Assembly (NCBI GenBank): GCA_965219995.1
Contig: CBDCOX010000002.1
Span: 2,432,001 to 2,496,000, forward strand
Length of the DNA stretch: 64,000 nt
Direction: 5' to 3'
From: Candidatus Latescibacterota bacterium
GTDB lineage: Bacteria > Latescibacterota > UBA2968 > GCA-2709665
Every line of letters starts with the position of its first letter. Position 1 is the first letter of the stretch. Position numbers and translations under genes: made by a program. Below the pieces are notes generated by a model. The model was given only the letters and a program-made list of their open reading frames with translations, searched no databases and was not told where the DNA came from. Below are positions 9,520 to 20,098 of the stretch, piece by piece.

Positions 9520-10230
9520 TCAGTCGAGTTGAAACCGGATGTAGATGTACATACGCACCTCAACCGCCTCGCGGTTCTGGTACCCGGGCAGATATCGAAA
9601 ACCGGAGAGGGCGTCCAGCGATGCCTGGTGAAACATCTCGTGCCCCTTGTGTACCACGCTATCCTTGACCCGGCCGTCCTTTCCCACTGTAAATTCCATC
9701 AGGACAACCCCCTCCAGGCCCGCCCGCCGCGCCGCTTCCGGATATTCCGGATCCACTTGTTCGAGGAGTTTGGGCTTTCGTTCCACGAACCGGGCGGGAT
9801 AGACCACTTCCCCATCCACTTCCTCCTCCGCAAGGGGACCCGAGACAAGCGAGTCCGGGGGCGTGGAGATGCGGATGGACACCGCGTCGAAGTCGAGTTG
9901 GCCGCCGGCGGAAACGGTGATCTCTTCGGGCAGCAGGTCGCGGCTATCCGCTTCGAGGGGTACCGCCGGCCGCACAAGCGGCGGCAGCCTTATGCCCTGC
10001 CTGGTTTCCGGTACCTCTGTCACCTGGATGAGAATCGGATGTTTCGCGGAGGCCGGCGCGCTGAGTCTGAAGGCCGGGAAAGTAAAGGCAACGGCGGCGT
10101 GGAGGACGAGCGATATCCCGACGCACAGGGGGAAGACCTTCCGATACTGCGCCTTCAAGTCCGCTTCGGGACGTCTGGTTCGGATGATGTTTCCGGTGAT
10201 CCAGGGTCTGGGAGGCAGCTGCTGCGGCAT
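9520..10230 (-). CDS. tonB: Energy transducer TonB
   Basis: TM anchor SLVLH, Pro-rich linker, PEYPEAARRAGLEGVV...FTVGKDGRV C-terminal domain; probable start ATG 10230. Confidence 0.88.
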   Translation of the reverse strand: MPQQLPPRPWITGNIIRTRRPEADLKAQYRKVFPLCVGISLVLHAAVAFTFPAFRLSAPASAKHPILIQVTEVPETRQGIRLPPLVRPAVPLEADSRDLLPEEITVSAGGQLDFDAVSIRISTPPDSLVSGPLAEEEVDGEVVYPARFVERKPKLLEQVDPEYPEAARRAGLEGVVLMEFTVGKDGRVKDSVVHKGHEMFHQASLDALSGFRYLPGYQNREAVEVRMYIYIRFQLD

Positions 10231-10385
10231 TGTACCCTCCACGTTGCCTGCACGGCCGGCCCACATGCGTTCAACGCGCGTTTACAGGGTACAGCAATCC
10301 ATCGGAAATTCGCAGGCGATAACCCGGAGGAATCCGGTTCACGCAGCTTCGGACGTGCGTCCCGATGCCCGCGCCATCGCCCTGA

Positions 10386-13154
10386 CTAATGCGTCGCTTC
10401 CCTCACCCAGAAGAGGCCTTCCTTCGTCGCCTGCTGCCCGCTGTTCATGTCCTTTACGGTCATCCGGACCCTGCGGCGCCCCGCGGCGGCCTCTCCGATG
10501 TCCAGCGCCACGTAATCCGCAACCGACGCGTCGGTTCCTGTCTGAACGTAACGAACGGTCACGGCCGACTCGGACCGTCCCAGGACCCTCGTCCTCAGGC
10601 GTGAGAGGCTGGTGCCGCTCTCGTCCGTGCTATAGACCTCGTAAGTCACCTCGTAGCGCGTCGCCCCGAATTCGTCCTGCTTTAGATTGTAGATTTCGAA
10701 AAAGACGAACACGTGCTGGCCCGCATTGAAAACATGCGAAGGCAGCGGCGTGATACTCCATCTCCCGCGGACGAACTTCGGGTCGGACCCGGGCATCGCG
10801 GCGGTCACCTGCCGCGCCACGAACAAATCGCTCAGCTTCAGCCCTTCCCCGGAGTAATCCTCCACGGAAAGCTTCTGGGAATACGCCTGCAGCCGTTTCG
10901 TGTTGTGGCGCTGCACCTGCACGGCCAATTCGTAGTCTCCCGGAAGAATATCCAGGAGATCCACGCGGTCCAGAAGGGCCCGGTCGCGGCGCCGGCCGGT
11001 GACCGGCACCTCAAGATCCTGCTGCATGGCCAACACCCTCGTGTACCTGCCGTCCAGCAGCGCCACGCGCCGGTTCACCATCACGTTTTCGTCCGTATCC
11101 CCGGGAAGCGCAACGTGCTCGATGGGAATGCCCACGTTGACCTGGATTTCCGTACCGGCGTTGTCCCCCCGGAAAGTGACCACGTCGTAGCTGAAGTCGA
11201 GCGATTCGAAACCCGCCACGCTGAAGTACTCGGGCTCTTCCCGCGCCACGGACGCGACACGGGTTGAAGGCGCCAGTTCCGTGAGCCGCTGCATGAGCCG
11301 CAGATAGGCCATCTGACCCACGTGCGGGTCCTCGTCGAGGTTCTTGAGGTCCTGGCTGCTCACGCCCGGCACAGGCGCGTAGTCGTATACGCCGGAGTTC
11401 TGTTCATCCGTGAACGCGACTTCCAGGCCCTTTCCCACGCCGGCATACACCCAGACCTCCCACGGTACCGACGCCCAGTTGTGCCCCGTTGTGACCGGCT
11501 TCCACCCGCTCAGGCCGATGGCGAATTCCGGATCGAGATCGATGCCGGCCTGTATGGGGGATTCTTCGAGGTCCACCAGTTCCTGCGGCGCCGCCGGGTT
11601 GCCCGCGGCGCCCGGGTCGGCCTGGTCCGGCGCAAATACAGCCAGGTCGAGTTCCTCGATTACGGCCGTCTGGAGGTCGCGCCGGATGTCTTCGCTGGGC
11701 TCCAGAAAGGAGCCGAGATCCGTACGTACCGGAAAAACGGGTCCCACAAAACTAATGCCGAGTCCCTGTGCGCCGTACAGCTGGTAGGCCATATTGTCCT
11801 GCACGCGTTCGACCGCGGGAGGCACTTTCGGATTCGGCTGGATTGAGGAGGAGCGGTAGTCCGGATCCCCGTATCTGATATACACTTCTCCGCGGCGGTC
11901 CCACGGCCACTTCAACGTGCCATACGTCGTACGGGCGAACCACACCCGCCGGTGGTGTTCGGCACGGCGCATCGCGCCCCTCGAGGCCTTGAACGGGTCG
12001 TGGCGAAGCCAGAAGCGCTGGAGAAACGCGGCCCGCTTTTCGGGGGGGGTGTTGCGATAGGCTTCGATTTCACGCGGCAGCCCCACCAGCGATATGTCCC
12101 GGTAAAGCGCCTGCTCTTCCGGATCCAGGCTCTCGATGTAGATCTTGAACGCACGGAGGGCGCCTTCGTAATTCCCCCGCGCCATCAGCGCCTGCGCGAG
12201 AAGCGGCAGTGCGAGGTCGTCGGTCATCAGAGACGTAAGGGTTTCGACTTCCTCGAATTTCTCTTCTTCGAGCAACTCGTTTGCAAATGCCAGCGCATCC
12301 GTCTGATCCGCCGGCTTCAGTTCCAGGTATTTTTCAAAATACACCATTGCGCTCTGAAGGTCGCGATCCTCACGGTGGGCCCGGGCCAGCAGCAGGTGAG
12401 CCGGGCCATACCGCGGATCGAACTCAAGCGCGCGGTCCGCGGCCCGCCTCGCTCCGGGACGCCCGGTTTCCTGGTAGACACGCGCAAGCAGATAGTGCGT
12501 TTCGGCACGGGTCGAATCGGCGCGCAGCGCGGCTTCGAGATGCGGCAGCGCCCGCTCGGGATCTCCCTCCAGTTCGAGGGTGAGCCTGCCCAGGCCGTGA
12601 TGCGCAGCGGCCTGCTCCGGGTCGAATCCGAGCGCGCGTTCAAACGCCGCACGCGCACTGTCCGGGGCGCCGGCCTTCAGACGCTGGCGACCGACCTGAG
12701 CAAGCGCCCGCGCAAGATACGTGTGCGTCCAGGCATACGTGGAATCGGCGCGCAGTGCGGCTTCCAGATGGGGCAACGCCCTCCCGGGGTCTCCTTCCAG
12801 CTCGAGGGCCACCCTCCCCAGGCCGCAATGCGCCGTGGCCAGCATCGGGTCGAATCCGACCGCACGCTCGAACGCCGAGCAGGCGTCGCGGGCCCTCCCC
12901 ACCCGCAGGTAGAGCATACCGACGCGGTTCAGGATGAGTCCCGCGTGGTCCGGATGGTCGACAAGCGCCCGCTCCAGCGACCGCGCCGCCTTCACCACCG
13001 CCGGCACGTCGCGGGCCTTGATTCCACGCGCGTACACGGCATCCAGTTCCGATAACGGTTTTCCGGCAGCCGACGCGTTACACGGCCAGAGCGCGGCGAC
13101 GATCAGCGCACAACCCAGCATTGCGCGCAAACGCAATCTCCGGCAAACCTCCAT
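10386..13154 (-). CDS. TPR-repeat, GWxTD-domain protein
   Basis: Signal peptide, TPRs, FW..HDP...EH.RRV...WDRRGEVYIRYGDPD, C-terminal LSD...PxP Ig-like region. Confidence 0.85.
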   Translation of the reverse strand: MEVCRRLRLRAMLGCALIVAALWPCNASAAGKPLSELDAVYARGIKARDVPAVVKAARSLERALVDHPDHAGLILNRVGMLYLRVGRARDACSAFERAVGFDPMLATAHCGLGRVALELEGDPGRALPHLEAALRADSTYAWTHTYLARALAQVGRQRLKAGAPDSARAAFERALGFDPEQAAAHHGLGRLTLELEGDPERALPHLEAALRADSTRAETHYLLARVYQETGRPGARRAADRALEFDPRYGPAHLLLARAHREDRDLQSAMVYFEKYLELKPADQTDALAFANELLEEEKFEEVETLTSLMTDDLALPLLAQALMARGNYEGALRAFKIYIESLDPEEQALYRDISLVGLPREIEAYRNTPPEKRAAFLQRFWLRHDPFKASRGAMRRAEHHRRVWFARTTYGTLKWPWDRRGEVYIRYGDPDYRSSSIQPNPKVPPAVERVQDNMAYQLYGAQGLGISFVGPVFPVRTDLGSFLEPSEDIRRDLQTAVIEELDLAVFAPDQADPGAAGNPAAPQELVDLEESPIQAGIDLDPEFAIGLSGWKPVTTGHNWASVPWEVWVYAGVGKGLEVAFTDEQNSGVYDYAPVPGVSSQDLKNLDEDPHVGQMAYLRLMQRLTELAPSTRVASVAREEPEYFSVAGFESLDFSYDVVTFRGDNAGTEIQVNVGIPIEHVALPGDTDENVMVNRRVALLDGRYTRVLAMQQDLEVPVTGRRRDRALLDRVDLLDILPGDYELAVQVQRHNTKRLQAYSQKLSVEDYSGEGLKLSDLFVARQVTAAMPGSDPKFVRGRWSITPLPSHVFNAGQHVFVFFEIYNLKQDEFGATRYEVTYEVYSTDESGTSLSRLRTRVLGRSESAVTVRYVQTGTDASVADYVALDIGEAAAGRRRVRMTVKDMNSGQQATKEGLFWVREATH

Positions 13155-13244
13155 ATGCCGCTACCTCTTCGTAAACAGATAGGCGGCCCTGTCGCGTTAC
13201 CCAAAGCCGCCTAGCGGGTTTACTCGAATTGCGTTTGTTCGCGA

Positions 13245-14219
13245 TCAGAACGATCCGGTCACGGAGAACCGCAGGGTCGCGCCGTTGTCGGGAAAATTGT
13301 CGAACTTCACGTAGGCGAAATCCGCCTGCACGTGATGGATGCCGCGCTGCAGCCGGACGCCCGCCCCGGCGGTAAAGTCCTGCACGTCGTAGCCAAGCTT
13401 ATAGCCGGCCCTGAGTGCGACCATATTCCTCAGCCAGAGTTCCGCGCCCGCGTGCATCCGCCGCTCGACGCTGACGCTGTAAAGCGCCTCGAGCGCCCCG
13501 GTCAGCGAGACGTCTTCTCCCCGCTCCCCGTAGACCTCCGCCGCGGTCGCCATGCTGAAGAAGACGGGCATCTTGCCCTTGATGGCTTCGTCGGTGAGGA
13601 GTACGAGGTCCTTCCCGAAGTTGCGCAACGACATGCCGATACGCAGGCTCCGGAATCCCGTATGGTAGAACGTGCCGACCGCCAGGTCGAAGACGCGGTA
13701 GTCGTAACCCCTGTCCAATTTTTCTTCGACGACGCGCGCCTGGAATCCTATGGAGAAGCGCTCCGTAAACTGCTTGGCATAGACCCCGCCCAGCGCCCAG
13801 CTTCCGGTGTCCAGGATTCGGCCCGTCCCCTCGGGATTGAAGATCGTGGTCTCCTCGATATCGCCGGTGTTGAACGCCACCAGACTGACCGCGAGAGCGC
13901 CGTAGTCCGTATTGACGCCGACCGCCGCGGAGTTCAACTGCGATTCCAGAAGCCACCTGGTGTTCGTGAACGCGAACTGCAGCCGGTTGCGCGTCATGGC
14001 CGTAAGCCCGGCGGGATTCCAGAACACGGAATTGATGTCGTCCGCCACGGCCACGTACGCGTCGCCCATCCCTGCGGCGCGCGCGCTCTGGGAAATTTCC
14101 AGGAAGGCTGCGTAGGTCTCGCCCACCGGCGTCTGGTTGGAGATGTCGGCGAACGCCGGGGCGCCCAGCAAGAGGACGCCGACAAGCGCGGCAGAGCCGA
14201 TCCGATAAATGCGCCTCAT
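13245..14219 (-). CDS. PorV/PorQ family outer-membrane beta-barrel
   Basis: AAFLEI..SARAAGMGDAYVAVADD.NS.FWNPAGL, ALRAGY, terminal Phe. Confidence 0.85.
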   Translation of the reverse strand: MRRIYRIGSAALVGVLLLGAPAFADISNQTPVGETYAAFLEISQSARAAGMGDAYVAVADDINSVFWNPAGLTAMTRNRLQFAFTNTRWLLESQLNSAAVGVNTDYGALAVSLVAFNTGDIEETTIFNPEGTGRILDTGSWALGGVYAKQFTERFSIGFQARVVEEKLDRGYDYRVFDLAVGTFYHTGFRSLRIGMSLRNFGKDLVLLTDEAIKGKMPVFFSMATAAEVYGERGEDVSLTGALEALYSVSVERRMHAGAELWLRNMVALRAGYKLGYDVQDFTAGAGVRLQRGIHHVQADFAYVKFDNFPDNGATLRFSVTGSF

Positions 14220-14229
14220 GGCGACCTCC

Positions 14230-16758
14230 TTAGCGAATGATGACCAGCTTGGCGCCCTTCACCTGTCCCTGGGATTCCGACAACAGGGACTCGACGGTGA
14301 CGAAGTACACGCCGAAGGTCAACTGGGTGATATGCGTTCTGTTGAACTGGAAGAAGGCTGCTTCGCCCTCTGTCTGCGAATCGTGGTCCACTTCGCCCAC
14401 CAGGTCGCCGGCTACGGAGAAGATCCTGATCTTGGCCTTCCTGGGTACGTTCAGGATCCGGATCTTGGTCGAGCCCTCGTAGGTGTGCGGCGCCTCGGGG
14501 ATGTAGGGGTTCGGCACGATGAGGATATCCTTTTCCAGGCGGTCCGCGCTGGCGGTGGGCACCTGCACGGGGCTGTCGGGCGCCGAACCCGTTGGGGGCA
14601 GATAGTAGGTGGAAACGTCGCCGATTCCGGACTCGTAGGCCCGGACCCCGCCCTCCACCGTGGCGCCCGTTACCCGGCTGACGAATCCGGTATTGGCGCT
14701 CCCCTGGTAGGAGCGTACGGCGTAGTAGTACTGGAATCCCGCGAGCGACTCCGTGTCTTCGTACGCGTACTCCGCCGAACCGTTCGCCGGTACGTCCTGA
14801 ATCATCTTCCAGAGACCGGGCTGGGTCTCGGACTGGTATACGCGGTAGCCCGCCACGTCGGATTGCCCGGTATCCGGGTTGTTCGACTTCTCCGGGTCGC
14901 CCTTCCAGGTAATCAGGTTGCGGGCGTTCTCGGAAGAGGACACCATCGCGTCCACGTCCGGAGGCTGGTTGGGCAGGTCGTAACCCAACGCGTAGGCCTC
15001 CTTGGCCTTATTGAGGTGGTTGAGGAGGTTTGCGAACGCGGCGCCGTTCTCTTCCTTCTTGAGTTCGCTGGTGTCTCCCGACTTCTGATAGGCCCGGAAG
15101 TTTTCCGTAACCGGCGCGGCCGCCACGTAGGCAAACACGAACTTCACCTTCTGGCCGGGCGCCAGGTCATAGGGGCCGTAGGTTTCCAACGGGGTGTAGC
15201 CCGCGGCGATGCCGTGCCTCCCCTCCCACTCCCAACTGGGGATGGGCATATACGGCATGGGGCCGACAGGGACGTCCGGAATCGGGAGCAACGGCACGCC
15301 CAGGTTGGGATTTCCCGAGCCCCTGCTGGGACGTTCCAGCAGCGGTTCGTTGAAATAGGACGGGTCCGGCGTGCTGACCAGCATCTGGTAGAGCGTCTCG
15401 TGGTTCATCTCGTTCGGGTTCGGTTCGTCCGTGAGCAACCCGACGGCGGCCGCCGCGCTGGACGGATATCGGTACAGAAAGTGAAAGAAGTTGTACGCGA
15501 ACGGCTGCTCCGCCACCTTCGGCGCCTCGTAGGTCTCCGGATCGCCCACGAATCCGTCCGTGGGGTCCACGTCTATAGGTGCCTTTCCGATCCATGCCGG
15601 CGACGTGATGTCCCCCACGCCGATAAGACTTGGGAACGTGCACTGCGCGCACCTGTGTTCGGAGCGATACGGATCGCCGACATCGTCCGCCAGCGGCCCG
15701 GTCAGGCAGAAGTTGTCCCAGTCGTACTGGTAGGTCAGCCGGAGGCCGCGTGCGGATGCCGGACCGTCGTAATTGGGCGCCTCCGTATACTTGATCTTGT
15801 CGTCCTGGGAATTGTCCAGGGGTCCGAAATTGCTGCTGCACCCGTCTCCCGTTCCGTAGTCGGAATAGTACGCCCTGTAACTGACCCGGGAGACGCCCGC
15901 GGATGACGGCAGGAACCGGTGATGGAAGGAAAAATAGACGTTCGTGAGATTGTGCCCGCCGCCGGCGAGGTCGGACGCGCGATCGCCGTCGGTATCCCCG
16001 GTGTTCTCGAACACCCACTCGGTGATCACGAAATCGTCGTATTCCGGGTGGTTCCACGCAAAGGCCGCCTTCTCACCCGTAATGCCCAGCCCGGTGGTCC
16101 ACTTGCTCAGAACGATGTCTTCAGGAAAATTGTCGGTGGAAACGTCGTTGTACTGGCCGATGCGGTAATTCAGGATTTCCCTGGGTTCCAGCGCATCCAG
16201 CTCCACCCCGGTGCCGGGCCACCAGTTGGCCATCGATCGCCCCGAATTGGGGCTGACCACGTCGCTGCCCAGCCCCGCGTACTTGCCCCTGAAGTCCACG
16301 CTGGGATCCACCGCCATCGCCACGACGTCTTCGCTTTCTTCCATCGCCGATATGAGGGGGTTGGCCCAGCTCACCGCGGCCTCGCCGTTCACTTTGGTGG
16401 CGATCCACCATCCGTGGCCGCGGCCGTTGTGCGACGTGAGATCCACGTGCATGCTCCCGGCGCTGCGCTGTTCCCCGTAGTAGGCGGAAAAATCGTTCGT
16501 TCCGCCGCCCCCCCAGCTGATCAGCGCGAACCCCGGATAGGCCAGATCCAGATAGAGGCCGGCATAGTTCCCTTCCACCGGCCGAGCCCCTTCGGCGCCC
16601 GTGCTGAGAAAGCTGTGCCAGAGGGTGCCGCGCGCGAGGTGCCGGGGCGTCAGGGATTCACCGGCCAGGTTGGAGATGGTCGCCCGCTGGGCCTCGGCCG
16701 GACGCCAGAACGCGCCTGCGATCAGGAGTGCGCCTGTAATGATGGTTATGCGTCTCAT
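14230..16758 (-). CDS. Large secreted protein with FnIII-like region and T9SS-type (FlgD-Ig) C-terminal domain
   Basis: Signal peptide; AGYRVY..YYYAVRSY; C-terminal VPNPY...IRIFSVAGDLV...GVYF...KLVIIR. Confidence 0.8.
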   Translation of the reverse strand: MRRITIITGALLIAGAFWRPAEAQRATISNLAGESLTPRHLARGTLWHSFLSTGAEGARPVEGNYAGLYLDLAYPGFALISWGGGGTNDFSAYYGEQRSAGSMHVDLTSHNGRGHGWWIATKVNGEAAVSWANPLISAMEESEDVVAMAVDPSVDFRGKYAGLGSDVVSPNSGRSMANWWPGTGVELDALEPREILNYRIGQYNDVSTDNFPEDIVLSKWTTGLGITGEKAAFAWNHPEYDDFVITEWVFENTGDTDGDRASDLAGGGHNLTNVYFSFHHRFLPSSAGVSRVSYRAYYSDYGTGDGCSSNFGPLDNSQDDKIKYTEAPNYDGPASARGLRLTYQYDWDNFCLTGPLADDVGDPYRSEHRCAQCTFPSLIGVGDITSPAWIGKAPIDVDPTDGFVGDPETYEAPKVAEQPFAYNFFHFLYRYPSSAAAAVGLLTDEPNPNEMNHETLYQMLVSTPDPSYFNEPLLERPSRGSGNPNLGVPLLPIPDVPVGPMPYMPIPSWEWEGRHGIAAGYTPLETYGPYDLAPGQKVKFVFAYVAAAPVTENFRAYQKSGDTSELKKEENGAAFANLLNHLNKAKEAYALGYDLPNQPPDVDAMVSSSENARNLITWKGDPEKSNNPDTGQSDVAGYRVYQSETQPGLWKMIQDVPANGSAEYAYEDTESLAGFQYYYAVRSYQGSANTGFVSRVTGATVEGGVRAYESGIGDVSTYYLPPTGSAPDSPVQVPTASADRLEKDILIVPNPYIPEAPHTYEGSTKIRILNVPRKAKIRIFSVAGDLVGEVDHDSQTEGEAAFFQFNRTHITQLTFGVYFVTVESLLSESQGQVKGAKLVIIR

Positions 16759-16819
16759 TGATTTTCTCCCCGCCTGATTGCGCCGGGGCAGCCGCGCCGC
16801 CCCGGCGTCAGATACATAC

Positions 16820-19800
16820 CTAGAAACCGATCCGCACGCCCATATTCACGTACCTCGGCGTTCCGCCGCGCCTGAAATTCGAGTCGCCGTATTTCAGGTA
16901 GTTGGTGTCGTTGGGTGTGGGCTTCTTCAGGCCCCAGCGCACGTAATTGGAGCCGGAGGAGCCGTCGTAGAACGTGTTGAACAGGTTGAACACCTCCGCG
17001 TACAACGTGGGTGTGGTCGTCCCGATCCGGAATGACTTCTGGAAGTTGAGGTCCGTCCGTACGAAAATCGGACGGTTGCGGACGGTCTGCACGCTCGTGC
17101 CCGGCAGGGTGATCTGGAACTGGCTCCCGTTGTCCAGCCGCCAGACGACGTTGGCCTGGATGCCGCCCAGGATCTTTGCGCCTCCTATGGGTTCTCCGGG
17201 GCCCCAGTCCATCGGCGTGGACCACAGGAACTGGAAGGAAGCGTTCGTGGTCGGGGGCTGCCCGCGGAAGGCATCGACCTGGCGCCAGACGTCCTCGAAC
17301 CAGAGGTTCTGCATCTCCTGCTTCTCCGATTCGCTCAGGCCCGGATATTCATGCCAGGGGCGTATCGCGTCGAGCCGGTTTGTACCCCACCCCCCGACGA
17401 ACGTCGTTCCGTCCTGCAGTTTCTTTCGGATCGCCTCGTTCGCCCTGTGGCCGATCGACCGGATTTCTTCGTCGGTCAGCCGTACGATCTCGTCGTTCGC
17501 GTCCACGGTGAAGTATTTCGAACTGGCAATGAAGTTGGAGTCCGGAAACGTCGTAACCTGAAGCTGTGAACCGCCCGACCAGTTGAAGAGCACCCAACTC
17601 ACGTCCAGACCCACCCGGAATGAGAAGTTATTGGAAAATGCCTTCGTGAAACCCATCTCGATACCCTTGGTTTCCAGGCGAGCGTTGGGACCGCGGTGAC
17701 CCACGTAAGTAAGGGTCTGCACCGGGTCCGAGAACCGATGCACGCCGCCCGAACCTACCCGTTCGGTCCGGCGGTAGTAGGTGGAAAGCTCCATCACGAA
17801 GTCGCTGACGAAGTTCCACTCCCCGGTCACCTCGAACTCGGCCGTGTTCGGCAGCCCGCCCGGATTCTGATATCCGCCGTCCAGGCGCCACTGCCCGCCG
17901 CCGATCCAGTTCAGATCGTACCAGACGTCGTCCAGTTCGGGGTGGTTCTGTGCGTCGGACGTGGTCCAGGGTTCCAGCCACAGCAGGGAGAATTGCGGGG
18001 GTTTGTAGTACACACCGTATGAATACCGCACGGTGGACCGGTCCGTGATCGGGTGGGACAGGCCGATCCGCGGCGACAGGCTCGTCATCGGCCGCGTCTT
18101 CGCCAGCGGCACCCGCCCCGTGCGCCAGGCCTTGTACGTCCTCCAGCCCGGCAGGGCCTTCATGAAGCCGGACAACGTCCGCTCGGGCCCGCCCCAGAAG
18201 CTGTCGAAGCGCAGGCCGGCGTGTAACACGAGGCCCTGGAACTCCAGCTTTTCATCCACGTACGCGGCCAGCCGGTTCACCGTATACCGCTTGCCGGGCT
18301 CGCTGTTGCCGGCCATGATCTTCATCGTGGCGTTGGTCGCGCTGGACCGGTTGTAATCCCAGTTGAGGTTGCTCATGTTCTGAAACACGAAACCGGCCTT
18401 GAAGAGATTCCGCCGGGTGAGCTGACCGGTGAAGTCGTACCGCAGGCTGTACCTGTTGTTGTCTTCCACCACGATGCGCCGGCGTTCCCGGTCTATGTTG
18501 AACTGTCCCAGCTTGTCCCTTCGCCAGGACGTCGTCGTGGCGTCGACGTCTTCACCCGGGTCGGTTTTCGTCCCGTAGTACCCCACCTGGAATTCGTGGA
18601 ACATCCGGGGGTTGATGCTCTGTGTGCCCGTTACGTAGAAGATCCGGTTGACCCTGTTCTGCTGGTAACCGGTCGTGCCGTTGATGAGGAAGAGGTTGCC
18701 CCCCACCGAACGGTTGGCGTCGCCGAAGAAGGTCGGCTCGTTGGACTGGTTGAAGCCCACCTTGACCTTGAGGTTCGGCGACGGGGTGAAGCTGATCTTT
18801 CCGAAGACGCTGTGCTGCCGAAGCCCCGTCAGCGTGGGCGCGGGCAGAGTAATCTTGCCACGACTGGTTTTCCCGCTCACCACGAACGTGGCGTTCTCGC
18901 CCAGAGGACCGGTGACCCATCCTTCCACGAGGTGCCCGACGGAACTCTCGTAGTCCTGCCTGACGTGGATCAACTGTCCGGTGTCCGGATCTTTCTCGTT
19001 CACCCATTCGGAGTTGTTCCACTGCAGCCTGTCGCGCCAGTACCCGTTCGCCCCGCCGCGCTGCCCCGGCGTGGCGTCGTACACGTTGGCGCCGCGGTGC
19101 CGCTTGCCGGGTAATTCCACCCGAAGGTCGAGGCCGCCCCGGTAAATCCGCGTGCCTTCCCTGCTGATGATGTTCACCACGCCCGCGGGCGACGAGGCCT
19201 GCGAGGCGTCCGCCCCGCCCCTGACCAACCCCATTTCACCCACGGCGGTTACCGGCAGGTTCGTATACTGCCGGACGCCCGTCTGCTGCGAGGTGTCCAG
19301 GTTCATCAACTCGATACCGTCGAAGGTCCAGGTCTGTGCCGCGCGCATCGAATAATAGCTCATATGCCGGATGCGCACGCCGTTGCCGGGACTGTCGTTC
19401 ACGTTCGTGCCCACGGCGTACTGCAGGTGTTCCCTGACGCCCCTGATGATGGGCACCTGTTCGATCTCCTGCGAGGAGATCTTCGTCTCGCTGGAGGTCC
19501 GGTCCACCTCCACGAGGGGCCGCTCCGCCCTGACCACAATCTCTGCGGCTTCCAGCGCCGATTCCCGGAGCGTGAAATCGGACACGGTTGTCAAGCCGGC
19601 GGCCACCTTGACACGCTCCCGCACCACCGCTTCGTAACCGACCATCGATGCCTTCAGGGTATAGAACCCGGGCTCGACACCGATGATGGCGTAATACCCG
19701 TCGCTGTCGGACGTCGCTCCGAAACGCGTCCCGTCGACCACCACGTTGGCTCCCGGCAGGGCGCCGCCGTCGGCATCGGTCACCTGTCCGGCAATCTTGC

Positions 19801-19882
19801 CGTAGAAGGTCTGGGTCCGCGCCGGCCCGACCAGCAGGCATAACGCCGCAATTGTGCCCAAAACCATAAATCCACGCTTCAT
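16820..19882 (-). CDS. TonB-dependent receptor with N-terminal carboxypeptidase-regulatory-like domain
   Basis: GKIAGQVTD...LPGANVVV.GT..GA.SD.DG.Y; SPRIGLSHPITD; C-terminal PRYVNMGVRIGF. Confidence 0.9.
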   Translation of the reverse strand: MKRGFMVLGTIAALCLLVGPARTQTFYGKIAGQVTDADGGALPGANVVVDGTRFGATSDSDGYYAIIGVEPGFYTLKASMVGYEAVVRERVKVAAGLTTVSDFTLRESALEAAEIVVRAERPLVEVDRTSSETKISSQEIEQVPIIRGVREHLQYAVGTNVNDSPGNGVRIRHMSYYSMRAAQTWTFDGIELMNLDTSQQTGVRQYTNLPVTAVGEMGLVRGGADASQASSPAGVVNIISREGTRIYRGGLDLRVELPGKRHRGANVYDATPGQRGGANGYWRDRLQWNNSEWVNEKDPDTGQLIHVRQDYESSVGHLVEGWVTGPLGENATFVVSGKTSRGKITLPAPTLTGLRQHSVFGKISFTPSPNLKVKVGFNQSNEPTFFGDANRSVGGNLFLINGTTGYQQNRVNRIFYVTGTQSINPRMFHEFQVGYYGTKTDPGEDVDATTTSWRRDKLGQFNIDRERRRIVVEDNNRYSLRYDFTGQLTRRNLFKAGFVFQNMSNLNWDYNRSSATNATMKIMAGNSEPGKRYTVNRLAAYVDEKLEFQGLVLHAGLRFDSFWGGPERTLSGFMKALPGWRTYKAWRTGRVPLAKTRPMTSLSPRIGLSHPITDRSTVRYSYGVYYKPPQFSLLWLEPWTTSDAQNHPELDDVWYDLNWIGGGQWRLDGGYQNPGGLPNTAEFEVTGEWNFVSDFVMELSTYYRRTERVGSGGVHRFSDPVQTLTYVGHRGPNARLETKGIEMGFTKAFSNNFSFRVGLDVSWVLFNWSGGSQLQVTTFPDSNFIASSKYFTVDANDEIVRLTDEEIRSIGHRANEAIRKKLQDGTTFVGGWGTNRLDAIRPWHEYPGLSESEKQEMQNLWFEDVWRQVDAFRGQPPTTNASFQFLWSTPMDWGPGEPIGGAKILGGIQANVVWRLDNGSQFQITLPGTSVQTVRNRPIFVRTDLNFQKSFRIGTTTPTLYAEVFNLFNTFYDGSSGSNYVRWGLKKPTPNDTNYLKYGDSNFRRGGTPRYVNMGVRIGF

Positions 19883-20098
19883 ACGCCAACTCCTTGGCTG
19901 AAGTACCTTTCTACCATCCCGCCGGCCAACGCCCGCTCACCTGCGCTGACGGATCGGAAATGTGGATTGAAGACTCAGTGTGCGATTTAACCGCCGAAGT
20001 ACTCTCGCTCTGTGATCCTTGCCATAGGCAGGCCTCCACGTCGATGAACCGGTTAAATATGGAATCAGGTAGTTTCGATAAGGCGTCCGCAGACGAAA

